DNA of 64,000 bases, taken from assembly GCA_028023455.1 (NCBI GenBank), contig JAQFVV010000010.1, positions 17,236,001 through 17,300,000 of the forward strand, given 5' to 3'. Positions within the stretch are counted from its first letter, which is position 1, and each line of letters opens with the position of its first letter. The translations under genes were made by a program, and so were the position numbers. The notes below the pieces were generated by a model. It was not told the origin of the DNA. It was given only the letters and a program-made list of their open reading frames with translations, and did not search any database. This document shows, piece by piece, positions 14,230 through 26,984 of the stretch. The DNA is from Epiperipatus broadwayi (Eukaryota; Animalia; Onychophora).

Positions 14230-17200
14230 CATTTTTCTGTTTACTTGATATTTTACAATGTTATCTTTTAATTTTTTCATCTGAAAACTTTTCTTTCTGA
14301 AATACTTCCAACACCATATCTAATTGTAGCTCTCCAATGTATTCCATTCTCTGCCATATCTTTCCAATTGACATTGCATTTCTTTAAAATGTCTTTGAGA
14401 TAATCCTTATAACATGACAGGTCTACCTCTGCCACAAAAACATGTTCAAGTTCATCATAAAATATCTTTTTAGAAAGTGTTGCATTATTCTTTCGCTTTA
14501 TATGCCCAATCCAATAAAGTATAATTTTATAATAATGATACTACAGTATTATATCCAGCAAGTTGAAGAACATATTAATTGGTTTTAGCCATTGTATTTT
14601 TAAAATTTTAAGGAGTATTCTTAAACAAGACATTTCTAATGCCTTAATATTGCATCAATAACATCCATTTATCACTTCCATGTAATACATTAGATAAAAT
14701 AAACAGCTCTATACACAACTTAGATTAGTTGTGGTAGTTATTTCCCTGGGATAAAATATTCTTTTAATTTCTCAAAATCAGCAGCTGTGTTGTACCTCAA
14801 TAACTTAAATCCACTTCTAATTACAAGATAGTTAAATCAGTTCATATTCTCAAATTGATCGCCAGCCAAGCTAAAAAATGCTGAAGATATTTCTTCCAAC
14901 AATGATTGATAAAGAACTTGAGTTTTTTGATCATTAATTATTAAACCCAAGTCTTTATATTGTACCGGTATAAATCCACCACGCTTACTCATACACAGTA
15001 CCCGAGTTCAAACCCAGTCCACGTTTAAGAATAAATTCCAAAACGCCAACGAAATTCAAACCCAAACCCCGGTATGACTAACCGATGATGACTTTATAAC
15101 AGCACGGGGTTATCCCTTTTCTAGCTCAGCTCAGAACATAGACTAATTCTTACAGTTAATGATATCTATATTTCTTATACTCTAGATATTGGAACGGTCA
15201 TTCATGTAACGTATATATTTAAGTTGCCAATACAGACAGTACGTGGCTACCTAGATTTAGAGAGTAATAAGGTGGAGGACACAAAAGTAGATTAAATAAA
15301 ATGTTTAATAAGAAAAATAGAAACATATAAATATAGCGTTCAACAGTACGGTAAGACTTCCATGAATCCTCTTGTATTTAGCTACTAGTCTTTAGCGATC
15401 ATTTTATCTAGTGAACAAACTCATGCCAATAGCTGTGTATTTAAATGATTGACGAGTGGTTAAGAGAATCAGAGTATTTGAGCATTGAAAAGATATTTAT
15501 CTACAGGTTTTTTTATTAACTTATTTTATTCGAATCGACTCGAGCCGTTACGTAGGCGAACAGTTGGATGTGGTTTTATATAAATACAGCATGGAAGATA
15601 GATGTACTGGTGGTTGCCTATATTCAAGAGCCCTACAGTAATCACTTGCGGTGCATTAACGGAATACCGGGCGGCTTGTACTTTGACAAGGCTTAATGCC
15701 CCCAAGTAGCTCCGGGACACGACAACCAGCCGGGATCCTTTCGAACCCGGTGATCCAAGAGATTACCTGGGAAAGAAACTGCTTTCTGCTCCCCAATGGT
15801 AGTATGGCGAGACACTAACTTCAGCGAAGGGAAGGCATTGCAGACAGATGAGAGTTGGTTAATAAAATCACCCCGGCCTCTTCTTCTCTTTCCCCCCCCT
15901 AGGCGCATTTACCCACAAAATAAATAAAAATAAACTATACCCAAAAACACTTACCCTTCCCGTTCCCCTTCCCGTGGTTCAGGTGGCAAGGTATTATTTA
16001 TTATCAATTATTTATTATATTTTCCTTAACTATATTATATTTATATCACTTTATATCTATTTTATTTATATTAACCTTAGATTTAATTAAATATATACAA
16101 TTTAAAAAAAAAAATATATATATATTTACTTAAAAAAAAATTAATTTAAAAAAAAATAATTTATTATTATACTTTCTTTTTTTCATTAATTTTTAATTTA
16201 AAATTATTATTTTTTTTTTTTTTTTTTCAAACAAAAAAAAAAAATAATTTTAAATATTTATTCTTTTTATTATTTTTTTTATAATTTTTTTTAATAAGAG
16301 AGGGGGACTAAAAAAAAATTTACGAAGGTAAAAAAATATAAACAAAAAAACTAATATATTTTTTTTTTATTATTATTATGGAAAGAAAAAAAACCTTTCC
16401 TCCTCTTTTCCTCCCGCTTGTTTTTCCCCTTTGTTTTCCCCGGCGCGCTTTGAATTTGTTTGATGGAGATGGGGAAAGCCCAACACAGACCGGCCCGAGC
16501 CAGGGAGAGCCCCCCCCCCCCCCCCCCCGTCGGAGTTAAAAAAAAAACACAACCCTCCCCCCCCCAAAATTTTTAGCGCGACCCCCCCCTGTTTTTGTTT
16601 TTTGTTTTCTTCCCCCCCCCCCCCCCCCCCCCCCACCACACATTACCTCCCCCCCCTTTCCTTTTTCTTTTCATTTTAAAACCAATAAAAACACAATTCT
16701 TCCTTCTCTCCATCAATTTATTTTTTTAATTTGTATTTTATTTTATAAATAAAAAAAAAAAAAAAAGTCAGATTTTATTTTAACACATTTTCAAAATTAA
16801 AAAAAAAAAAAAAAAAAAACAAATACACCCCAAAAACTCAAAATAAAATTAAAAAAAACCCCCAACCCCCCCCCCCCCCAAACACACCCCAGGGTTTTGC
16901 ACTTATATAACGAATTTACACATTGATTTACAAAAAATAAAAAATAAAACAAATTTTTTTTATTTTATAAAAAGGACAAATCTCACGGGGGCCGGAGAGG
17001 AGTTTGAATTACCGATTAAACACATGAAACGAAGATCGGTTCTTCGATCTGTCTGTTTCAATATATTGCATAGCACAATCATCATCTGATTGTAAATCCA
17101 AAAGCCAAGAAAATAAAGTTCTTGTTTTTGCTTTAAATTGATTCAAATTAAAAATTCTACCTTAAAACCTATATTGCTTTTTGACCCTTGTTTCATTAAG

Positions 17201-18300
17201 CTGCTATAAAGAGTTCCAAAAATCACTGTCATAAAAATTTAAAACAATATTGGAAATATATGTCTGAAAGTGTTGATGGTATGGTAGTTGTAATTTTTGA
17301 ACTATTTCCATCATTTAATATTAATTGTTAAATGTCTTTAGAAAAATTTAAATTTCATTTAAACTTTTCAAGTACATTCAATTGTTATTAATAGAACAAG
17401 GTTACTATTATAACAGTCTGACTGACTATATACCTTTAAATTATTTACATTTATTTTAATCGACTAGGTATCAATTGATATTAAACATCAAGAAATAGAC
17501 TGACACACTTTTTTTTTTTATATGTATATTTAAATAAGAATTGAAAATATTTTCTTTAATATAATAAATGATAACCACTACACAACTAATATTTGCAACA
17601 ATCTGTACTTTTAAGTGCTCACATAATATGAACTCTTGCACTCTGATTTCTATCTATATAATGTAATCTATTAAATGCCATTATTTAGAGTGTGGATGCA
17701 TGCATCTTTCTTTATAGTATTTTTTCTGCCTAAACAAAGCATTTGTAATAGTCAATCCATGAGTTATGCAAAAATTTTATAATAATAGACAATTTGAATT
17801 TACAGCACAGATATCATTAACTCTAACAACTTTTGGTCAAAAATCCACTATATGTAACAACATAGGCATTAAAGTTTCCAAGAATAAAAATTTGATCTTC
17901 TAATATTGCTGTTATAATTCTATCCAGCAAGGATTAAAAGCTTTCTTTCTCTGATTCTAAAGTTAGAGCATAGGCACTAATAAAATGAATCCTAGTAACA
18001 CTGTGCAAGGTAAATTTTAATACCATTAGTATTTTATTGATAAAATGCAAAATTCCAAGAATAGAAGACATTAATATAGACTTTACAACAAATACAATAA
18101 TATATATTCTTGTTTCATCAACTAATCTGAACTACCAAAAAACTTGCAGCAATCCATTTGTTCTATTAAAACTTCAATTTGAAGACAAGAATATCTATAT
18201 CAATCTTAAATTTTGACATTTCCTTAGTCACTAGTACTATAAATAGTTCTGTCTTGAAGAATTTGTATCAAGTAAAGATTGTACATTACATTTATTTATT
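14230..18300 (-). mobile_element. Second-family RTE LINE, degenerate (APE endonuclease ~17550-18300; RT ~17049-17290 and 14230-14910), interrupted by 14911-17048
   Basis: Minus-strand translations: HFISAYALT...FILGNFNAYV...GLTITNALFRQK...HPHSK*WHLIDYI (EN); DLQSDDDCAMQYIETD | QSLLEEISSAFF (FADD region); WIGHIKR...IFYDEL...GRGRP..YKDYLK (C-terminus). Confidence 0.85.
14911..17048. other. Anomalous insert, probable sequencing/assembly artefact (random-looking GC-richer part, then homopolymer-laden part)
   Basis: Composition changes abruptly, CpG is not depleted, and there are C runs and A/T runs well over 10 nt at 15900-16950. The flanks rejoin the RTE RT with almost no loss (shared GAT at 14908-14910 and 17046-17048). 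Confidence 0.7.
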
Positions 18301-20554
18301 AAAAAAATATATATATTTATATTTACCTTCTGCTTCTTGCTTTACCAAAATTACTGATGTTATTTCTATCACTGTAATAAGTAATACACAAGACATGATA
18401 ATCCAGCCTGGTTGTGTGAAACAATATTTTTACATAACATTTTCTAAGATTCCTTCTTCAGTGGTAGGTAGGGGAATCCCTAAATAGGACTGCCTAAACA
18501 TATCACCTTTGCTAGCTGAAAGTTCTGTCTCAAATGTAATTCCAAAATGACTCATTAATGCTTATACTGTCTTTGGCAAAGATCACAACTAAGGTGGCAA
18601 TCTATTAAGTCTAATAACATCATTGCTTTATTAATTAATGAAGGCTTGAGCTAAAAAAAAAACGAAAAAGAGAATTGAAGTCACAAATGCTGGGAATGTA
18701 GATAAAGAATGGAAATGTAATTGCCCAAATATATAATCCCACTATATAAAGAAGTGATCAATAGCATGAGAGACTCATGAAACAGGGTCCAATCTAAATT
18801 AAGTAAAACTGAAAAAGAAAAAAAAAATAGATGGTAAAAAGAAACTAGACTATGATGAACCAATATCCTATCGTACAAGACAATAGGAGATACTGTAAAT
18901 AAACTATTGCTTATTTGTATTCATAGTTAATCTTCATATTTGATGATCATTCCACTATTTACCATGTGTGAAACCCATTGGCAGCTCAAGCACAAAAATC
19001 AACACAATGTGCAACTATATTTAGGGGGGAAAAATTAAAAGTGCATCAGAAAAAAAGCTTACAAAGTTACTTTGTGAAATAGTGTACTAAAATGAAAAAG
19101 TACAACATTCATCTTAGCTCTTTCCCTTTATAGCTAGAATTAAAATAAAAATAGCAAAGTTTTGCACATTTGCATCTTTTGAAATCTTTCTAATAACTTG
19201 GTCATTATAACCAATTTATGTTTTTTTTTAATTACAAAAAAATAATAATAATCCATCGCTTCTCTTGCTCAATCTTTCAATGGTTTCTGCTAAAATTTAT
19301 TAATTCAATACTATCTTTCTTATGTTTTAATGTAAAACCATAAATGCAATTCATTTTTTTCTAATTTATTTATTATCAAATTACTGACAGTACTAAGTGT
19401 AACATCTTCAGGAATAAATAAAGAAAAAAGAATTTTAAAAAATGGATTCTTCAGAATAAATGCTTAAGTAAATCAACCCTCTGTATAATAGCACTGAAAA
19501 AGATGAATACCTAAGATGTATAGCTTCCTCTTGTCTATAAGCTTCACTAACTGTTAAACTTTTTAATAGTACCTAGTACAATTGCCATTGTAAACAATAA
19601 ACATGTTCATTAAAATATGCAATTCAATAAGACACTGCATAACTTGATATAAAGACAAATGAAATTCAAAATTAATTTTAACAATATAAGTTAATAATAA
19701 TAATAATAATAAAAAAAGTATCAGTTATGAAATTTACTAGAATATTTATCCAACATAAAAGGATAATTTGATGGTAATTTTTGTTATTTAGATTAATCAT
19801 CTATAAATTAATTGAAAAATAAATTTGTTTCCTTTATTTTCTCTTATCAAAATTCCTAAATGTGATAGAATAACAATCTGCAAGTTGATAAACAAGCTTT
19901 ATACTCAGCTGAAATCATAATGTTCTATGTGCCCTGACCTATCACATTTTTTGATTAGCAGATAGAATTTAGTTCATAATAATCAATAATTAATGATCGA
20001 TTATCTGACTTGAGCATTTAGCTCAAAAATAAGTATTTGACTCAAGAGTTATATTGGTACTTTTAAATGACACCTAACATCCCAAATAACTGATTATATG
20101 ATTAAAAAAAAAGGTCATTGCATATTATCAAATTTGATAAAAAGTATTGTATTGGAAAAACATGCTATAAAAATACAACTTTATATTCTTTATTCATCAA
20201 TATAAAATCCTTTTAAATATTTGAATAAAAGAAATAGTATTAAATATATTAAGAATTATTTTTATAAATAAAATGAATTTAATCATTATTCTCAAAAAAA
20301 AAAAAAAATTGTTTACAAGACTAATATAGTATATATTTTTTTCAAAAAAAAAAACAAATGGTAAAATCAAGTTAACCTAATAATTTTTGTTAGTCATTCA
20401 CTAGACTAGAAATTATCCAATAATGAATAATATTTCTATAGTGTAATTTTTATTACACCAATCTCACTCAAATTAGGGACTGGTTCCTACCAACTTTTAA
20501 CCCCTTGTGAAGGGATGTAATCATAAACATATGACCAAAGATGTAAAAAAGATC

Positions 20555-20615
20555 TATAATACTAAAGATGCACATTTTATGCTGAACAAGCACTCATTAA
20601 TTGGCTCAAACCACA
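20555..20615 (-). ncRNA. Hammerhead ribozyme motif, degenerate (retrozyme family)
   Basis: Minus strand: GCCAA TTAATGAG TGCTT GTT CAGCA T AAAA TGTGCA TC TTTAG, homologous to the 21723 copy. Confidence 0.65.
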
Positions 20616-20808
20616 ATCTCTTACATATATCTTTATCATTAAACCACTAAATATCACATAATCATCATTTCTTATGCTTTCTCAAGCTGTAAAATAGAGG
20701 CAAAACTTTCCATACAGTAATGCCACTCAATCAATGTAAGCCAAAGTAATCAATGGATGTTAAGAAAGTTTGTGCATAAATCCCTATCTAGTGCATATTC
20801 ATCCAATA

Positions 20809-20854
20809 TTCCCAAACTAGTTTCTAGCTTATGGCTTGCTTTCATCAGTGAGAA
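20809..20854 (-). ncRNA. Minimal type-I hammerhead ribozyme motif (GUU site)
   Basis: Minus strand: TTCTCA CTGATGA AAGCAAGCCATAAGCTA GAAAC TA GTT TGGGAA. Stem I is TTCTCA/TGGGAA and stem III is the palindrome ACTAGT. Confidence 0.8.
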
Positions 20855-21066
20855 GCCATAGATCTTAGAGCATTTGCCCTTAGATCTTGGAATCTAGTGT
20901 AACACCTAGCAATCTATATGACTATACAAGCAAATGAGCTTAGATTGAAAATACGATTGTGTTTTCAATTTTAGACTCATGGCTTTATAGTTAAAAAGCT
21001 AAAAGGTTGCTGCTAGGGGGTTGCATTAGATCCTAAGATCTAGACACAATGCTCTCCAATCTAAGG

Positions 21067-21109
21067 CTCTTCATTGATGGAAGCCACAAACTAGAAACTA
21101 GTTTGGGGA
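21067..21109 (+). ncRNA. Hammerhead ribozyme motif, degenerate mirror copy
   Basis: CTCTTCA TTGATGG AAGCCACAAACTA GAAAC TA GTT TGGGGA. Confidence 0.65.
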
Positions 21110-21722
21110 TATTGGATTACTAAGCATTTGATAGGGATTTTATGCACAAACCTTGCATCCACTGATTACTATGGCCTGCATTGAATGGCACTACTATATG
21201 GAGTTTTGCCTCTATCTATCATTGTTCATTACATATATAGATAACAAATTACCACAGTTTATGTGATGAGTCAAATGTGCTGCCCTCACAAGTTCAACAG
21301 AAATCACTTGATGAAAGTATATTAATAAATTTTTATTAGTCATTCACTAGACTAGACATTATCCAATAATGAGTATTTTTGTAGTGTAATTTTTAGTACA
21401 CCACTCTCAGTAAAAATAGAGACTGGTTTCTATCTACTTTTAACACCTTGTGCATCTTACATCTCTCCACAAGGTTTTAAAAGTGGATAGAAACCAGTCC
21501 TAACTTGAGTGAGATTGGTGTAGTGAAAATTACACTACAAAAATATTATTCAGTATTAGATAATTTCTAATTTAATCAATGAATAATAAAAATTATTAAT
21601 TTACTTTAAGTGATCTGAGTCAAAGTTATGAGGGCAGCACATTTGACACTTATTAAATAAACTGTAGTAATTTGCTATCTATATATATATAATTAACAAC
21701 GATAAAAATATGTGTAAGAAAT

Positions 21723-21783
21723 TGTGGTCTGGGTCAAATGATAAGTACTGGTTCAGCAAGAAATGTGCATCTTGGAGATCATA
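21723..21783 (+). ncRNA. Type-I hammerhead ribozyme motif (retrozyme family; ancestral GUC site)
   Basis: TGTGGTCT GGG TCAA ATGATAAG TACTG GTT CAGCA A GAAA TGTGCA TC TTGG AGATCATA. The three-copy consensus gives CCAA CTGATGAG TGCTG GTT CAGCA (C)GAAA (C)GTGC(G)TC TTGG, with a bulged stem I (TGTGGTCT/AGATCATA). Confidence 0.8.
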
Positions 21784-24700
21784 GATCTTTTTCATGTTTT
21801 TGATCATATGTTTATGATTACATCCCTCCACAAGGTGTTAAACGCATATAGAAAACCAGTCCATATTTTTAAGTGAGAGAGTTATAGTGAAAATTACACT
21901 ACAGAAATATTATTCATTAAAGTTAACATAACTTTAATTCTTTTTAATGTGTCACCTTTCAGCTAAAAGTCAATTTATAGATAAAAACATAACTGTTTTT
22001 AATCCATATTGACAATTAAACTTATTTGTAAATATGGGAATGACCATCTTTCTAAACACTGTTCTTGTGATCATTCACAAACTAGTACTTAATTCAAATC
22101 ATTTCTCTTTCTAGATTACATGACACATGACAAATGATTGAAGTTATTCCATTTAATTGAAACAGAAGACTTAACTAGCAAACAATGATTAAGAATAAAT
22201 GTGCAGATCTGAAACAATTTTCACTAATATTAGATTGCTATCCAAATTGCAGAGCAAAGACCTCTTCACAAGTATACATTAGTAAGATAGATCATGCCCT
22301 GAGGACATACTTTCATATATAAATTTTTTAACCATGCTTTATTTTGAAAACAGTTGTAAATAATGACAATCATGTAAATGTCACTTAAAATTACTGAAAT
22401 AGGATAAGTCTAATGTTTAATATTATTAAAATAAGTCTGAAAATGCATAATAAGTAGAATACTAATGAATAGATCAAACATTTTTTTTAATAATGATATC
22501 TTATATGATTAATACAAATATGATTTGACAATTTAGTTAATTTCTTATAAAAAAAATATTAGCTGTACTTTAACTGGCTTTTGACACAGATCTCACTATA
22601 AAATTGATCATGATTATTAAGAGATTATGAGTGATTGGAAGTTTACTATACTGATGTTACAGTTTGACTTTAAAATCTCCCAATAAGATCTGAAGTTAAG
22701 TGAAAACATTACAAATAATTGTTATCTGAAACGTAATAAACTTCATCTACAAAAGAATGTGGCATCTGGCAACTTAAATCTATCATAATTACAGAAAAAG
22801 GATTGGCTGATTTCTAATACATTCATGATGTCCTTTCTTTTTTGTAATGAATAAATTACACACACAAACATATTTATAATAATTGATAAATTCACAAATG
22901 CTAAACATTAAAATATCTTATACTGAGATTGCATATTTCATATTATTATTGACTGTTACTTTAATTCAAAAACCAAAATTTTACTGACTCTGAAGTAAAA
23001 CTGTCCGCCTTTACTCCATCTGTGCATTCCTGAGTGATTTTACTGCATCTGTAGTAACTTGTCATCTTTTGGTAGATTATAAATTAATTTTCTTCACTAC
23101 AATAATATTATGATTCAATGAGCAAAACAAAATTGATTTTGTTAATAAGGAGTGCATCAAGAAAGATGTAAAATTAATCTAATATTATTTCATTTTTTCA
23201 CTGCCAAGGCTTTAACTTGGTCATGTTAAAATGTGTTACTATGCGTTAGTTATTATCCACATCCTGTTTTCAAATTTTAAATTAAATTCAACACTTCCTG
23301 ATATAAAATCACTAAGTAGCATTAGTACACATTTCTCTATCTGTTTAAATAAATTGCAACATGAGATCAAAATTAATTGCCAAGGAAAAAACGTAAAATC
23401 TAAATTATCCAAAGTGACTACAAACAGGATATTTATTATTAGTAACATTGTTTGATCAGTAACATTTAAAACATGTAAGCAATCTGTCTCTTGATTGTAA
23501 CACAGAAATATCATCATCAATTTTCCATTGGATACATGATACATTGTTTCTGTCTACAATATAAATTACACTTTAAAGTTTTTTTTCTTTTCTCAGTCAT
23601 CAAATATACCAACATAAAAAAAATCCTTCAAATATAAATGACATGTAATTTATTCTACAATATTTTAATATTATCTAACATTTCTATACATTTTATATAC
23701 AAAGACCTGATAAAAGAAGATTCTTCAAATGCAACATCCGTAGAATAATATTATTTATACCTCATAAATTACTGTAAAAAGGTGTCATGCCAATAATCAT
23801 TAAGCTTAACATAATAAGGACTCAATATTATTTCATTACATACATGTGAATGATTTACCATATTCAAATGTTATAGAACAAATTCTCTTTTTTTATATAT
23901 TTTCTACTTCTTGTTTGTATTAAGTTGTTTTTCTTCATTCCCCAATTTAAAAATGTATTTTCTTGAAGATGGATATTTTCTGTTTTGTCTACATTATGCA
24001 TTATTAGATAGAATGTTATCAGTATCTATAAACATTTCACAATTATATTTTTTTTTTACAATTTCATCTTCTATTTTACTTTTATTGTGGAAAATTTGGT
24101 TTAATTATAATTGCTTGCTACCTTTACCTAGATTAATTTTACCACTTACTTATAAATTATTTTTAAACGATGGCAACATTTCATTATCATCATGGCTAGC
24201 ATTATTTTTTTTTCCATTTTTTTGTTTATTTAAATGCATTTGAAGATTAAATGTTTCACTTTTTTATTATTGTTGTGAAAATTTGCTGAAATGACTCTTT
24301 TAGACCGAATGGCTTTAGATGGTACAGTTTTTCATTCATAACATTTTTGGATAATTATTTAAATTCCAACAACATACCTAATTTACTAAAAACCATAAAT
24401 TAAACACTGAACTTACTCATAAAGAAGCTAAGATGGCAGGTAAAATTTATTATTAATGATGCATATATGAAAACATATTCTTACAATTTAGGTATTTAAG
24501 AATAAAATGTACACATGTGAATATACTTTATGATATAAGAGATTCCAAAATTTTATAAAAATCTAAATGCTACAACTGATTAGAGTTTAGAGAGGCATTA
24601 TTAAATTGTAGAGGATGTAACAATCAATCAATAATAATAAAACATTTGCATAATCATAGGACTCAATTATATTGATTGCTGAACCTGTCTTTGGGGAAAA

Positions 24701-25903
24701 AAGAAATACAAATATTAATTTCCTTTAAAATTCAAACCAATTCATTACTTTGCTAACTTGCAAGAAATGAATGATTTAAAAATAGTTTTTATTTAAAATT
24801 ATAATCTGTGAATACATGTATTTAATAGAATTCTAGAAATAAATTTAACAAACTCAAAACACTTCCTAAGTAAGTTACACCAATGATAAAAATTTAAAAA
24901 GCAGTTAAAAATAATCTTTAAAAAAATTAGAAAAAATAATTTATTTAACAATATCTGATGAAAATACACATACAAACATACATACTAATATTTACTTTTG
25001 TGAAATAAAACAATTCATTACAAAACTCAATTAAATAACATCTTTAAAAAAAGCCCCCAAATATCTATTCTTTTCTTCTTTTTTTTTTCTGTTAATAATA
25101 ATATACAATCATGTTAAATTTTATTACATTTTCACAATTTTTTATCTTACAATTTAATTTATCAATGGCTTCTTAGAATCATCATTTATAAATGATTTTT
25201 TTTTTCCTATTAAATTTTTCAATTGCTTTCAAAATCTAATTAAATAATCTTAATAGCTTTAAGTGGGCAATGCTTCAAAAAAAGATATGTAAATACTGCT
25301 TACTAAGAGGCAAGTGATGATTAAAAACACAATAAAAAAAATACAAATAATGATATCATTTTAAATAATTTGATACTTCAATATATGAAAATAAATTTTC
25401 TAGGGAAAATAATCAAGTTTTACAACAAAGAAATTTAATTAAGCAGGCATATCATAGTATATCCAATATCCAAATGCATAATATTACTGTTATAATACAT
25501 TCTAGGTTCTCCTTTCCTATTCTATATTATTCTGCATTTTTCTTTTAAAAAAAATTAACACCTCAATTCAAACACTATTTCCCTCAATCAAGCTCTTAGC
25601 TTCAAAAATCTTATTACTTATAAATACAATTCTATGTCAAATCTATATAATTCATTAAAATCTCTTTTAGTCTTTTTAACCATTTAGAGGTTTGTAATTT
25701 TATCTATCCAATTGATTTTCTTAATTTTCCTCTATTTTTCTTCTTGGTTTTTAATTGTTTAATTTTTAATAAATAAAATGTCACTTTCCAAAATAAATGT
25801 CATTTTAATCACTTTATCATAGTTGACTTATTTTTATTAGTAGTAGTAATTAAAAGCCTGCTTTGCATTTGCAATATCTTTTCCTTTCAATACTGTTATT
25901 TCA

Positions 25904-26000
25904 TTCAAGCATTGGTGGTCAGCGACAGCTGTTTTACAAGCAGCTATCCCAGGTTAGCGGGCTCGCTTCCCGGTTGATGCTATGACACATGAGAAAAAAT
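25904..26000 (+). pseudogene. tRNA-Gly-derived retroposed pseudogene/SINE (tRNA-like part 25909-25980)
   Basis: GCATTGGTGGT...AGCTGT TT TAC AA GCAGCT...GCGGGCTCGCTTCCCGGTTGATGC resembles eukaryotic tRNA-Gly(TCC). It has a short A-rich tail and a 14-bp TSD ATACTGTTATTTCA (25890-25903, 26001-26014). Confidence 0.7.
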
Positions 26001-26984
26001 ATACTGTTATTTCAATTGTCAATATATGACTCAGCAACTATGTTAGTAATGAGTATCCAACTCAAATGTTATCACTTGAACATATCAGATAATATCCAAA
26101 TGTTTAGTTAATTTATTTCTATTTAATAAAATAAAACTAAAAAAATATGTTAAAATTGTCTGTCTTAACATTATAATATGGGCTGTTAAGAGAATCACTT
26201 CATTAAAAATAACATCCAGGATATGAACATTATACATCAGCTATGCATTAAAGTCTGAACAGAACTAAATGTATGTATAACTAAATCCTGACTCTTCCAT
26301 AATGAATGCAATCTATAATTTAAGGTACAATACTTGACCAGAAATCTGATAAAACTATAAAATTATAATTTAACATTTGATGATAAATCCATCATTCTAT
26401 TTTACTTATAGAAACTAATATAATTTCCTGAAAATATTTCTTCAACATTAGAAATTTTAAAACCATTTAAAATCAAACTTTATATTTAAACCATAATCAT
26501 ATGTTTCAAATCCTCTTTTTAAAATTGAAATTTTTTATTAATTTTATTTCGTAATTTTCCTGGGAAAAAATAATTTAAAAAACAACTAATTCTTCATTAA
26601 GCCTGTGCATATCAATCTCATTGAAGATATATATCACAATAGTATCCACTTTACACACCTAGACCTCAGAAAAAATATACTTTTGTTAATTTATAAATAA
26701 ATTAACAGAATATGAAACATATATATAATATTCTGAACGGCTAAAAGGCATTAATGATTCACAAATGCTTACAATTTCATTATCAAATACTCTATAACTT
26801 CATCAGTTCAGCTTCTCTTAATAAATGATAGGAATAACAAAAACCAAATGATCCTTGAAAATTCCTGTGTATCTCTAAAATAAGCAAATATTTTTTTTTA
26901 TGTAAAGTAAAAGATTAAAATTCTTTACTCTTTTTTTATTATCAATTTAAAGATGAGTTTATCAAAAACAAATTTTAATAGATA

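Larger units (their letters stand above)
20641..21216. mobile_element. Palindromic HHR-bearing insertion (~260-bp arms), PLE terminal-repeat-like, nested in the retrozyme unit
   Basis: 20695-20955 is the reverse complement of 20960-21214. It is flanked by duplicated TATCATT (20634-20640, 21217-21223). The host repeat reads continuously once the insert is removed. Confidence 0.75.
20380..21910. mobile_element. Retrozyme-like ~360-bp tandem unit: ~1.3 units HHR-sense minus (20380-21445, interrupted at 20641-21216) head-to-head with ~1.2 units HHR-sense plus (21455-21910)
   Basis: CCACAAGG..TTAA..G..TAGAAACCAGTCC repeats at 21467 and 21828 (361 bp apart). TAGTCATTCACTAGACTAGA repeats at 20391 and 21337. 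There is one HHR per unit and no ORF. Confidence 0.75.

Noticed and set aside
16376-16639. Gly-rich ORF (and ORFs 15526-15720, 15693-15908)
   Set aside because: They arise from homopolymer runs or random sequence inside the probable artefact; no recognisable protein.
22000-24400. Possible very old Jockey/CR1-type LINE on minus (LLGDFK at ~22680)
   Set aside because: A single weak motif; boundaries cannot be supported.
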